This document shows, in pieces, positions 7,455-15,597 of a DNA stretch of 41,059 bases (its first letter is position 1; every line of letters begins with the position of its first letter). The DNA is taken from the NCBI GenBank assembly GCA_937870865.1, contig CALMZY010000218.1, positions 1 to 41,059 of the forward strand. Direction: 5' to 3'. A model generated the notes under the pieces. The model was not told the DNA's origin. It saw only the letters and a list, made by a program, of their open reading frames with translations, and did not search any database. The DNA comes from an uncultured Lentisphaerota bacterium (lineage in GTDB: Bacteria; Verrucomicrobiota; Kiritimatiellia; CAIQIC01; JAGNIJ01). The position numbers and the translations under genes were made by a program.

Positions 7455-7709
7455 GTGCCGCGACAATTCAACAACCTGACCGCTTCGGAGCTGTACTGCC
7501 CGCGCTGCAAGGCGTCGCGGCCGGTGCGGGAGCGGCTCCTACTCGTCCTGCCGCACGCGGAAATCTTCGACTACCGCTGCACGGCTTGCGGAGAATCGCT
7601 GGGCTCGCGCGAGGTGAAAGCCAACCCGCTGGCGGCCGTGCAACGCAAGCCGCGCACGCACACGGCATCCCCCGGCCGCAAGCCGCAGGGCTATCTGCCC
7701 GGAAAATGA
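7455..7709 (+). CDS. Small zinc-ribbon protein (CPRC...CTAC), hypothetical
   Basis: 84-aa ORF with a GTG start. Two CxxC pairs (YCPRCKA, RCTACGE) are 24 residues apart, and the tail is basic. No clear SD. Confidence 0.5.
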   Translation: MPRQFNNLTASELYCPRCKASRPVRERLLLVLPHAEIFDYRCTACGESLGSREVKANPLAAVQRKPRTHTASPGRKPQGYLPGK

Positions 7710-7766
7710 TTGGTGCGGCAGCGTCGCAGGTATATGATTCGACATGGCTCAAACGAGGGGGTGTTC

Positions 7767-10700
7767 ATGAAGACCACGAAGTTGTTCCTCTGCCTTCTTC
7801 TCGCGATCGTTCCTTGGGCGGCTGATGCCGCGTTCACGGTTTCCGTGTCGCCGGGCACGATCGCCTGGGATTCGAACACCTGGGTGAACGTGCGCATCAC
7901 CAACAACGCGGCGCAGGGCTACGCCGCCAACCTGACGATCTACATCGATCCGGACACCAACGGCGTGGTCGGTCCGATGGACGTTCCGTTGTTCAGCGTC
8001 ACGCTGAGGGACGGCCGGACCAACCGGTTCGGCGCCGTGACGATTCCGGACGACGACGACGGGATCACCAACAGAGCGATCCTCACGCGCATCCCCTGCT
8101 TCGGCATCGACAACCCCCTGCACACGGTCGGGCGCTACATCGTGCAAGTGGCGTTCACGAACGGGACGTCGCCCGCGGTCACCACGTTCACCGTCACCCA
8201 GCCGACAACGACCGTGTACATCACCGGCCGCGTGCTCCGCTACGGCGACGACGCCCCGATCGGCGCGGCGTTCCTCGATATCTATCCGTTCACGCGGGCC
8301 GCGGGATTCACGCCCGGCACGTGGACCGACACGAACGGCGCGTTCCGGCTGTATCTTCCGCCGAGCATGACCGGCAACGTCCAGGGCATTGTGGCAGGCG
8401 GCTTCGGGTACTTCAGCGTGCCGTACCGGGATGACATCGGCGAATGGATTTCCGGCTACCGTTTCCAGGGCGACCTGCATGCCGGCGACAACGCGCTGAC
8501 CAATTCGCTGCGGCTCGTCGTCGCCGACGGATCGCACGTGCTCAGCCTGTCGGGCCAGGTGGTCGACGGCGAGACGAACCCCATTCCCTTCGCGCTCGTG
8601 ATGTTCGAAGAAGACAGCGAGGATGACAGCGACGCCGGGTCACTGGCCGTGGCGGACATCAACGGCAACTTTTCCCTGCCGGTACCTGACGGCATGACCG
8701 GGTGGGTCGGCGCGGAAGGCGGGTTCCTGAACCTGCGGGGGTTCGTCGCCAGCGGCAACGGGCCGTATACCGTGACACAGGATATTTCCGGCATCGTGGT
8801 CGAATGCCCGACGGCCACGATTCTCGCGCGCAACCTCGTGATCGACTCGGGCACCGGCGCCGGTGTCGCAGGCGTTGGAGCGGGCTTCGAGGCGGACATG
8901 TATTGGAGCTCCGCGTACAGCGTGACCGGCGGCTTGTACGAAATCGGGCTTGTTTCAGAAACGTACAAGGCGGGCATTGAAGACGACATGCTTCCGTGTC
9001 TCGGCTACAGCGGCGCGTCCGGCTACGAAGGCCTCGCGATCACGAACGCGGGCATCTACACGAACGTGCCGTTTTATCTCATGCGCGGCTACCCTCTCTC
9101 GGGGACCGTCTTCGATCGGCAGACCAACACGCTGACGGACGGCAAGGTGCAGGTCAACCCGTTCGGGAGCTGGAACGGTAACGACGTGGACGTGAACCGG
9201 CACGGCGTCTACGTCATGCTGGCGGCAACGGGATCCTACCAGGTGACCGCGGAGGATTTTGCGGGTTACCTGAGCCAGAGATACACCAATCATTTCACGT
9301 GGGAATGGGATAACGGACCGGTTGCGGACCCGGTGATCGTGTCCACAAACGGCGCGACGAACATCAATTTCTTCCTGCCCGCGGCGGCGTATATCCGCGG
9401 CACTGTGCTCGGGACCAATTCGCCGATGGAGAACGTACAGGTCGAGGCGCGGGTCCGCGTGGACGAGGACAATATCGAGGGGCGCGGCAACACCCAGACC
9501 GGACCGGACGGCTCGTACGAGCTCGCCGTGCCCGCCGGCGCGGACTACATCGTCGGTGTGCAGGCGCCGAACGGCACGTTCTTCCTTCCCCAGTACTGGA
9601 GCAACAAAATGCAGGACTCCGAGGCGGACCTCGTGGCGACCGACACGAACGCACCGGCGGAGAACATCAACTTCAACCTGCAGCTCGGCGGGCGCATCGA
9701 GGGCGCCGTGTACGAGCCCGACGGTTCGACGCCCCTGATTCACACGTGGGGTTACGTGGAAGCGCGGACGACAAACGAGATGCCGTCCGGCGTGGGCGGA
9801 GACGACATCGATCAGGACGACGGCACGTATGGATTCACGGTCGCGCCCGGAATCTACCACCTGCGCGCCCAGACCGACGGGTGGCCGGACCAGTACTATG
9901 ACGGCGTTCCGGAATCGCAACGGGACCTGGCGACCCCTGTCACCGTCGAGGTCAGCCAAGTCACCATCGGCATCGACTTCACGATGCTCGTTCCGAGCTA
10001 CATCGAGGGCAATGTCACGGACGACTTCGGGCCGGTGAGCGGCATGCAAGTGCAGGTCAGCTACGTATCCGACACGAACAACTGGTGGACCTCGTGGGTC
10101 GGCCAAGGCAACTCGGATGCGTCGGGCTATTATTCCGTGGAGGTTCCGCCGGGCACGAACTACATCGTTTCGACACAACCCGACGACAGCAGTTGCTACC
10201 TGCAGCAGTACTGGAGCAACGCGACAATCGTCCAGGACGCGACGCTGGTCGAGGTGACGAACAACATGACGCTCTCCGGAATCGACTTCAGCCTGGAACT
10301 CGGCGCGCGAATCGAGGGACAGGTATGGAACGAGCTCGGCGATCCGATGGAATCCGTACAGATCGAGGCTCATCGGTTTGACACCAACGGGTCGACAATC
10401 TGGGGTGGCGGCAGCCAAACGGACGGCGACGGCACCTACGGCTTCGTCGTGCCGGTCGGCACGGGCTATTTCGTGCGCGCCGGCCGGCCGTGGTCCGTCA
10501 GCGAGGAGAACTGGTGGTATCCGGAGACCTTCTACAGCAACAAGTTTTCCGAACCCACTTGCGATCACATCCGGGCTGATGCGGGTGCCACCGTGAGCAA
10601 CGTCGATTTTCATCTCGCGCTTGGATACCGGGTTGAAGGATTTGTCTACGATTCCGACGGCGTTTCTCCCGCCCCCAACGGTTTCGTGTTCAGCGAGGAG

Positions 10701-11405
10701 ACATCCGGGCCCTTGCATCACTTTGGCGCCACGCAGTGCGAGGGCGACGGATCCTACCAGGTCTGCCTGCCCAACCATCTGCCGCTGCATCTTTGCGGAA
10801 CGGCCCAGGACCGGGTGCCGGAGTATTACGACAACGTCTACAGCGGCGAGCAGGCAACGGCCATCCAGCCCGCCGCCATGACGACGACGCGCGTCGATTT
10901 CGCGCTGTACTCCTGGACGGAGGACGCCGACGGCGACGGTCTGTTTAACTACCAGGAGGACACGCGGCCGGACGGCGTCTTCAATCCCATCCAGGACTGG
11001 TCGTCCTACGTCACCAACCACACCGATGGCGACCAGATCAACGACCGGGACGAGAGAGACTGGGATATCAACCCGCAACTGCCGGACACGGACGGCGACA
11101 CATTCACCGACTGGCAGGAGACCTACGTCACCGGAACGGACGCAACGGCGTCCCCCTCCGGCTCCAACAGCTATCTCCATTGCCTGCAGACCACGCGCGT
11201 CGGAACCGACGTCATCGTGAACTGGTCCGCGGTCGAGTATGCGGGCAATTACTACATCCAGCGTTCAACGAACCTGACAAGCGGCGCGTCGTGGATCGAT
11301 TTGTTCGGTCCGATGTCCGGAACGGGCGCGGTGATGACCGTCACTGACATCAACGCACCGCCGAACTCGGCGTACCGGGTGAGGATCCCGTATATCGCGC
11401 CGTGA
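7767..11405 (+). CDS. Large secreted repeat protein (tandem CarboxypepD_reg/Cna-B-like beta-sandwich repeats, C-terminal thrombospondin type-3-like Ca-binding repeats)
   Basis: ATG at 7767 follows GAGGGGG. It has a signal peptide (MKTTKLFLCLLLAIVPWAADA). There are at least five ~100-aa repeats of the type ...YW/YYSN...INFxLxLGxRIEGxV.DxxG.P. The acidic motifs DADGDGLFNYQED, HTDGDQINDRDE and DTDGDTFTDWQE lie near the C-terminus. Confidence 0.8.
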   Translation: MKTTKLFLCLLLAIVPWAADAAFTVSVSPGTIAWDSNTWVNVRITNNAAQGYAANLTIYIDPDTNGVVGPMDVPLFSVTLRDGRTNRFGAVTIPDDDDGITNRAILTRIPCFGIDNPLHTVGRYIVQVAFTNGTSPAVTTFTVTQPTTTVYITGRVLRYGDDAPIGAAFLDIYPFTRAAGFTPGTWTDTNGAFRLYLPPSMTGNVQGIVAGGFGYFSVPYRDDIGEWISGYRFQGDLHAGDNALTNSLRLVVADGSHVLSLSGQVVDGETNPIPFALVMFEEDSEDDSDAGSLAVADINGNFSLPVPDGMTGWVGAEGGFLNLRGFVASGNGPYTVTQDISGIVVECPTATILARNLVIDSGTGAGVAGVGAGFEADMYWSSAYSVTGGLYEIGLVSETYKAGIEDDMLPCLGYSGASGYEGLAITNAGIYTNVPFYLMRGYPLSGTVFDRQTNTLTDGKVQVNPFGSWNGNDVDVNRHGVYVMLAATGSYQVTAEDFAGYLSQRYTNHFTWEWDNGPVADPVIVSTNGATNINFFLPAAAYIRGTVLGTNSPMENVQVEARVRVDEDNIEGRGNTQTGPDGSYELAVPAGADYIVGVQAPNGTFFLPQYWSNKMQDSEADLVATDTNAPAENINFNLQLGGRIEGAVYEPDGSTPLIHTWGYVEARTTNEMPSGVGGDDIDQDDGTYGFTVAPGIYHLRAQTDGWPDQYYDGVPESQRDLATPVTVEVSQVTIGIDFTMLVPSYIEGNVTDDFGPVSGMQVQVSYVSDTNNWWTSWVGQGNSDASGYYSVEVPPGTNYIVSTQPDDSSCYLQQYWSNATIVQDATLVEVTNNMTLSGIDFSLELGARIEGQVWNELGDPMESVQIEAHRFDTNGSTIWGGGSQTDGDGTYGFVVPVGTGYFVRAGRPWSVSEENWWYPETFYSNKFSEPTCDHIRADAGATVSNVDFHLALGYRVEGFVYDSDGVSPAPNGFVFSEETSGPLHHFGATQCEGDGSYQVCLPNHLPLHLCGTAQDRVPEYYDNVYSGEQATAIQPAAMTTTRVDFALYSWTEDADGDGLFNYQEDTRPDGVFNPIQDWSSYVTNHTDGDQINDRDERDWDINPQLPDTDGDTFTDWQETYVTGTDATASPSGSNSYLHCLQTTRVGTDVIVNWSAVEYAGNYYIQRSTNLTSGASWIDLFGPMSGTGAVMTVTDINAPPNSAYRVRIPYIAP

Positions 11406-11410
11406 TCCAC

Positions 11411-11490
11411 TCGTAATCGTAATCATAATCGTAATCCTGGCCCGCCGAGGTAGTTCTCGATTACGATTACGAGAACGATTACGATTACGA
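11411..11490. repeat. Tandem-word palindrome H1 (hexamer TCGTAA x4 / TTACGA x5)
   Basis: The left arm is TCGTAA TCGTAA TCATAA TCGTAA. The right arm is TTACGA TTACGA GAACGA TTACGA TTACGA. It fills the 90-bp gap between stop 11405 and the rsmI ATG at 11496. Confidence 0.75.
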
Positions 11491-11495
11491 GCGAT

Positions 11496-12218
11496 ATGAA
11501 TCCCGGCCTTTACATCGTCGGCACGCCGATCGGCAATCTCGGCGACATGACGCTTCGCGCAATCGAGACGCTGAAGTCCGCGAACCTGATCGTCGCAGAG
11601 GACACGCGCCACACGCGCCATCTGCTCGATCGCTACGAGATCGGCACGCCCACGATCAGCTGTCACAAGTTCAACGAAGCGTCGCGCGTCGACCTCGTGC
11701 TTGGAAAGATCCGCGACGGACAGGCGGTCGCCATGGTCACCGACGCGGGCATGCCGGCGGTCTCGGACCCCGGCTCGCGGGTCGTCGCCGCGTGCCATGA
11801 CGCGGGAGTTGCGGTGACCGTAATCCCGGGACCGTCGTCGGTCACCGCCGCCGTCGCGTTGAGTGGTTTCGGCGGCGCCGGGTTCTTCTTCGAAGGCTTT
11901 CTTTCCCACAAGTCCGCCGCGCGCGAGCGCCGGCTGGCGGAGCTGGCCGATTGCGAAGCCCCGGTGGTCCTTTTCGAGTCGCCGTACCGCCTGCTCAAGC
12001 TGCTGGGCGAAATCGAAAAGATTCTCGGCGCGCGGCCGGTGTTCGTCGCGAGAGAAATGACAAAGCATTTCGAGGAGCATCTGCGGGGCCCCGCGGCGGA
12101 GATCGCGGCGAAGTTCGGGGGGCGGACGGTGAAGGGCGAATTGGTCGTGGTGATCGCGCCGGGGCAGAGTCCAAGAGAGTCCAAAGTCCAAGGTCTAAAG
12201 TCCCAAGTGGTCCTCTGA
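11496..12218 (+). CDS. rsmI: 16S rRNA (cytidine1402-2'-O)-methyltransferase
   Basis: N-terminus LYIVGTPIGNLGDMTLRAIETLKSANLIVAEDTRHT plus GMPAVSDPG, typical of the RsmI/tetrapyrrole-methylase fold. The last ~16 codons are encoded by the left arm of palindrome H2. Confidence 0.9.
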   Translation: MNPGLYIVGTPIGNLGDMTLRAIETLKSANLIVAEDTRHTRHLLDRYEIGTPTISCHKFNEASRVDLVLGKIRDGQAVAMVTDAGMPAVSDPGSRVVAACHDAGVAVTVIPGPSSVTAAVALSGFGGAGFFFEGFLSHKSAARERRLAELADCEAPVVLFESPYRLLKLLGEIEKILGARPVFVAREMTKHFEEHLRGPAAEIAAKFGGRTVKGELVVVIAPGQSPRESKVQGLKSQVVL

Positions 12219-12260
12219 CGTTGGACCTTGGACTTTAGACTTTGGACTCTCTTGGACTTC
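12167..12260. repeat. Tandem-word palindrome H2 (heptamer AGTCCAA family)
   Basis: The left arm is GAGTCCAA GAGAGTCCAA AGTCCAA GGTCTAA AGTCCCA. The right arm is TTGGACC TTGGACT TTAGACT TTGGACT CTCTTGGACT. The rsmI stop (12216-12218) lies in the loop. Confidence 0.75.
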
Positions 12261-12291
12261 CCCATTAACCGGGCCGCGATTGACAGGTATA

Positions 12292-12804
12292 ATGCCCGGT
12301 GTTAGCGTGAACTCCATCTTGGAGCTCCGCCGACTGGTGAAACGAACAACGGCATTTTTGTTGGTGCTTATGACCGGTACCCTCGTGGGCGTGGCGGATT
12401 ATTCGATCGCAGCGACGCAGAACCGCGCGCGGATTCTGCGCGTGGAGCACGTCGTGGACGCGGGCGCGGCGGGCGCGGAAAACTCCAGCCTCATGGCCTC
12501 CCGTCTTCCGAAGTTTTCCGACGCAACGACCTCCTCGCCCCGCGAGCTGTTCACCATTTACTGGGAGCCCGCCGCCGCCGTGCCCGCCGGCACGCTGGTG
12601 ACGTTCGAGTATCTCCAGGAGGCCTCGGCGCATGTTCAATTTCTGTCCATGAAGTACGAATGGCCGGTGGACGGCGAGGAAAAAGCCCTCTTTGCGATTG
12701 ATGTGGGCGGCGCCCGGCCGGCGGGTCGGGTCACCGCCTGGCGCGCGCGGGTGGTTTATCGCGGCCGCCTCCTTGCGGAAAACCGGTCGGAAACATGGAG
12801 ATAA
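12292..12804 (+). CDS. Hypothetical secreted protein (first gene of the STAS/PP2C operon)
   Basis: The ORF has an N-terminal hydrophobic signal-like segment (KRTTAFLLVLMTGTLVGVA) and overlaps the next gene by 10 nt. The start is uncertain: TTG 12280, ATG 12292 or GTG 12337. Confidence 0.5.
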   Translation: MPGVSVNSILELRRLVKRTTAFLLVLMTGTLVGVADYSIAATQNRARILRVEHVVDAGAAGAENSSLMASRLPKFSDATTSSPRELFTIYWEPAAAVPAGTLVTFEYLQEASAHVQFLSMKYEWPVDGEEKALFAIDVGGARPAGRVTAWRARVVYRGRLLAENRSETWR

Positions 12805-13370
12805 TCAACGTGGCAGCTCCCGAACAACCGGTCGACAAACTTCTCGTGGGCATCGGCGGCGAGATCGCGTTCATCCGCGTCCTCGGCCGGGGCTCCTTCA
12901 AGATCAGCACGGCGCTGAAGGAATTCTCCACCGCGGCGATCGACACCGGCTGCACGAGCCTGGTCCTCGACATGGCCGAGTGCGTCGGCATGGACAGCAC
13001 GTTCATGGGCGTGCTGGCAGGGCTTGCGTTCCGGCTCAAGCAGAAGTCGTCCGCCGGCCGCATCACCATGGTCAACCTCTCCGTCCGGACACGCGGCCTC
13101 CTCGCCACGCTCGGGCTGGACCAGGTGATCGATCCCCACATGGCCGGCGCGACGCCGGAGAATCTCCAGCCGTATTTTCAGAGCACGGCCAGCCGGATGA
13201 CCGCGCTCGACACGCGCGAGAACAGCACGCGTGTCACCGCGGAGACGATGCTTGAAGCCCACGAGAACCTCGTGAAGCTCTCCCCGGAGAATCTTCCGAA
13301 GTTCAAGGACGTGCTCGCCTTCCTTCGGGAGGATCTCAAGGCGAACCAGCACGACGGCCAAAAACAGTAA
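12795..13370 (+). CDS. STAS-domain protein (anti-sigma-factor-antagonist-like) with a ~70-aa C-terminal extension
   Basis: IRVLGRGSFKIS...LVLDMAECVGMDSTFMGVLAGL...ITMVNLSVRTRGLLATLGLDQV matches a STAS fold with the conserved DS(T) phospho-site motif. Confidence 0.75.
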   Translation: MEIINVAAPEQPVDKLLVGIGGEIAFIRVLGRGSFKISTALKEFSTAAIDTGCTSLVLDMAECVGMDSTFMGVLAGLAFRLKQKSSAGRITMVNLSVRTRGLLATLGLDQVIDPHMAGATPENLQPYFQSTASRMTALDTRENSTRVTAETMLEAHENLVKLSPENLPKFKDVLAFLREDLKANQHDGQKQ

Positions 13371-14827
13371 TGAGTTTCCTGTTTCAAATGGGCGTTCTGT
13401 TCTTCCTCCTCACGGTCGCCGGCATCGGCGGCACCGCCGCCCTCGTGGTCCTGTTCTTCCGCAACCGCCGGCTGAGGGAGCAGCGCGACGTGCTGCTCCA
13501 GGAAAAGGAAGTCATCTACGGCTTCGTGCACGACGTGGCCGAGGTGTTCGCCGACGCCGCCACCGTGGAACTCGACCTGATGTTGAAGCGCGTGCTGTTC
13601 TACGCGCTGCGTACCACGAAAGCCGGCGCCGGGGTGATCTACCTGTTCGAGCCCGGGGGCGAGATGCTTCGCGCGCGGGCCATCAACGGCATCTTCCCGC
13701 CCCTGCTCGGCGGCGTGGATACCGGCCTCGAACGCGCGATGAGCAAGTCCCAGCACGTTCAGCAGCTCGTCGCCACCCGGCTGATCAGCAAGGGCGAGGG
13801 ACTCGTGGGCACCGTGGCCGATTTCGGATCGCCGATCCTGATCGAGGACGCCGAAACCGACCCGCGCGTCCCGCGCTACGAGCTCGATTTCCTCCGCGTG
13901 CATTCCCTGCTGCTGGTCCCCATGCGGTTCCATCAGAAGATCATGGGCGTGCTGGCCGTGGTCAACCGCGTGGACGGCAACCCGTTCATCCAGACCGACA
14001 TGAATCTTCTCCAGTCGCTCGCGGACCAGGCCTCGGTTTCCGTCCACTACGCCGGCCTGCGCGAGTCGCTGGACGAGAAACAGCGCATGGACCACGACCT
14101 CAGCGTCGCGCGCCGGATACAGACCGCCCTCCTCCCGAAGGAGCTGCCGCGCGTCGAGGGCGTCGAGCTCGCCGCGTTCAATTACCCGGCGCTCGAGATC
14201 GGCGGCGACTACTACGATTTCGTGCAGGTGGACGACACGCACCTCGGGATCGCGATCGCGGATGTCTCGGGCAAGGGCATCGGGGGCGCCATCATGATGT
14301 CCGTCTGCCGGAGCGTCCTGCGCGCGCATGCCCCGCGGCACCCCAGCCCGGCGGACGTCCTGCGGCTCATCAACCAGGTGCTGTCCCAGGATGTCCAGGA
14401 GGACATGTTCGTCAGCATGCTGTACATGGTCCTCAACACCGCCACCCGCGAACTCACGGTGGCGCGCGCCGGCCACGAACGCCCGATCCTCTGCTCGGGC
14501 GACAAGTCCGGCTTCACGATCATCGACTCTCCGGGCATCGCCATCGGCCTGTCCGACTCGCAGACCTTCGACAAGACCCTGAAGGAGGTCACCCTTTACC
14601 TCAAACCGGGCGACGTGATCGTGGCCTACACGGACGGCATCACCGAGGGCATGAACGAGCGCGACGAGGAATGGGGAGTGGACAGCTTCCTGGATTCAAT
14701 CCGCACGGCGGCCGACGAGGGCGCGCACAGCGTGCTGAACAACGTCCGGCAGCGGCTCGAACGGTTCGTCGGTGACCGGCCCCAATACGACGACATGACG
14801 CTGCTCGCGATCCGCGCCATGCGGTAG
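13370..14827 (+). CDS. Membrane-anchored GAF-domain PP2C (SpoIIE/RsbU-type) serine phosphatase
   Basis: It has an N-terminal TM segment and a GAF-like region (GLVGTVADFGSPILIEDAETDPR...LLVPMRFHQKIMGVLAVVN). PP2C motifs follow (ARRIQTALLP, GGDYYDF, IADVSGKG, YTDGITE, DDMTLLAI). TAATG overlap with the STAS gene. Confidence 0.85.
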   Translation: MSFLFQMGVLFFLLTVAGIGGTAALVVLFFRNRRLREQRDVLLQEKEVIYGFVHDVAEVFADAATVELDLMLKRVLFYALRTTKAGAGVIYLFEPGGEMLRARAINGIFPPLLGGVDTGLERAMSKSQHVQQLVATRLISKGEGLVGTVADFGSPILIEDAETDPRVPRYELDFLRVHSLLLVPMRFHQKIMGVLAVVNRVDGNPFIQTDMNLLQSLADQASVSVHYAGLRESLDEKQRMDHDLSVARRIQTALLPKELPRVEGVELAAFNYPALEIGGDYYDFVQVDDTHLGIAIADVSGKGIGGAIMMSVCRSVLRAHAPRHPSPADVLRLINQVLSQDVQEDMFVSMLYMVLNTATRELTVARAGHERPILCSGDKSGFTIIDSPGIAIGLSDSQTFDKTLKEVTLYLKPGDVIVAYTDGITEGMNERDEEWGVDSFLDSIRTAADEGAHSVLNNVRQRLERFVGDRPQYDDMTLLAIRAMR

Positions 14828-14850
14828 ACGCGGTTTGCAGATCGCGTCCG

Positions 14851-14909
14851 CTTTTCCAAACCTTGGAACTTTTCCCGGCCGTTTTTCCAATCCTTGGAAG
14901 ATTCCCCCC
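14851..14909. repeat. Dispersed double-hairpin repeat, copy B
   Basis: CTTTTCCAAACCTTGGAACTTTTCCCGGCCGTTTTTCCAATCCTTGGAAGATTCCCCCC. It is nearly colinear with copy C at 32314-32366. Confidence 0.6.
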
Positions 14910-15000
14910 TCCGGAACCGGCCTTTCTCCGCGATTGACGAACCACGCTGGCTGAGTATTGTCTGTGAGTTCGTTGCACGATAAGGAACGGGTAGTACTCT

Positions 15001-15597
15001 ATGAAGGAACAGCATTCAAAGCACGCCGCCGACCACAAGGCGCACGAGAAGAAACCGGAGGACGCGAAGGCGGAGCCGAAGCCCGCCGCGCCGGCCGCGG
15101 CGCCGTCCGAAATCGACCAGCTCAAGGACCGCATCCTGCGGCTTCAGGCGGATTACGACAATTTCCGGAAGCGCACGGCCCGCGACCAGGACGAGATGGC
15201 CTCGCGCGCCAACGCCGATCTCATCCTCAAACTCCTTCCGATCATGGACCATTTCGAGCGGGGATTGCGCGAGGCCCGCGCCCACAAGGCGGACCAGTTG
15301 GTGGTCGACGGGTTTCAACTGATCTACGACCAGTTCATGTCCTCCCTGCAGAAAGCCGGGCTTGTGCCCCTCAATGCCGAAGGGCAGATGTTCGATCCGA
15401 ATCTGCACGAGGCGATCACCCACATCCCGTCCGAGGAGCATCCGGCGGATACGGTCGTCACCGAAACGCGTCGCGGCTATCTCCTCGGCGGCAAGCTCCT
15501 GCGCGCGTCGCAGGTGATCGTCAGCAGCGGGCCCGCCGTTCCGCCGTCGGCCGCCGCGGAAACCCTGCCGGGCGAACCCGGCGAGAAAGCCCCCTGA
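15001..15597 (+). CDS. grpE: Nucleotide exchange factor GrpE
   Basis: 198 aa with [17 protein letters not shown] and a typical GrpE C-terminal beta domain ([16 protein letters not shown]). Confidence 0.95.
   Translation: MKEQHSKHAADHKAHEKKPEDAKAEPKPAAPAAAPSEIDQLKDRILRLQADYDNFRKRTARDQDEMASRANADLILKLLPIMDHFERGLREARAHKADQLVVDGFQLIYDQFMSSLQKAGLVPLNAEGQMFDPNLHEAITHIPSEEHPADTVVTETRRGYLLGGKLLRASQVIVSSGPAVPPSAAAETLPGEPGEKAP

Noticed and set aside
7397-7825. 142-aa ORF beginning MSKDWKNPRHFSQGLEKS
   Set aside because: Its N-terminus is simply the translation of the dispersed double-hairpin repeat. A similar peptide appears in an antisense ORF at copy B. It also overlaps the zinc-ribbon ORF and the exoprotein start.
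8955-11180. 741-aa ORF on the minus strand, antisense to the giant exoprotein gene
   Set aside because: This is a GC-rich shadow frame. The translation is Arg/Val/Gly/Asp/His-rich low complexity with no motifs, and it lies fully inside a well-supported plus-strand CDS.
12265-12293. Candidate promoter TTAACC-17-TATAAT before the STAS operon
   Set aside because: The -10 box is perfect, but it overlaps the first ATG (12292) of the downstream ORF and the -35 is poor. It cannot be distinguished from chance without TSS data. It is mentioned only as a reason for start-codon uncertainty.
14911-15000. CIRCE / HrcA operator upstream of grpE
   Set aside because: No TTAGCACTC-N9-GAGTGCTAA-like inverted repeat is present. 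Only a weak sigma70-like TTGACG-16-TATTGT was seen.
14958-15596. N-terminal 213-aa extension of the dnaJ ORF overlapping grpE
   Set aside because: The J-domain starts at the ATG at 15597, which overlaps the grpE stop. The upstream part is Arg/Gly/Pro-rich out-of-frame read-through of grpE.
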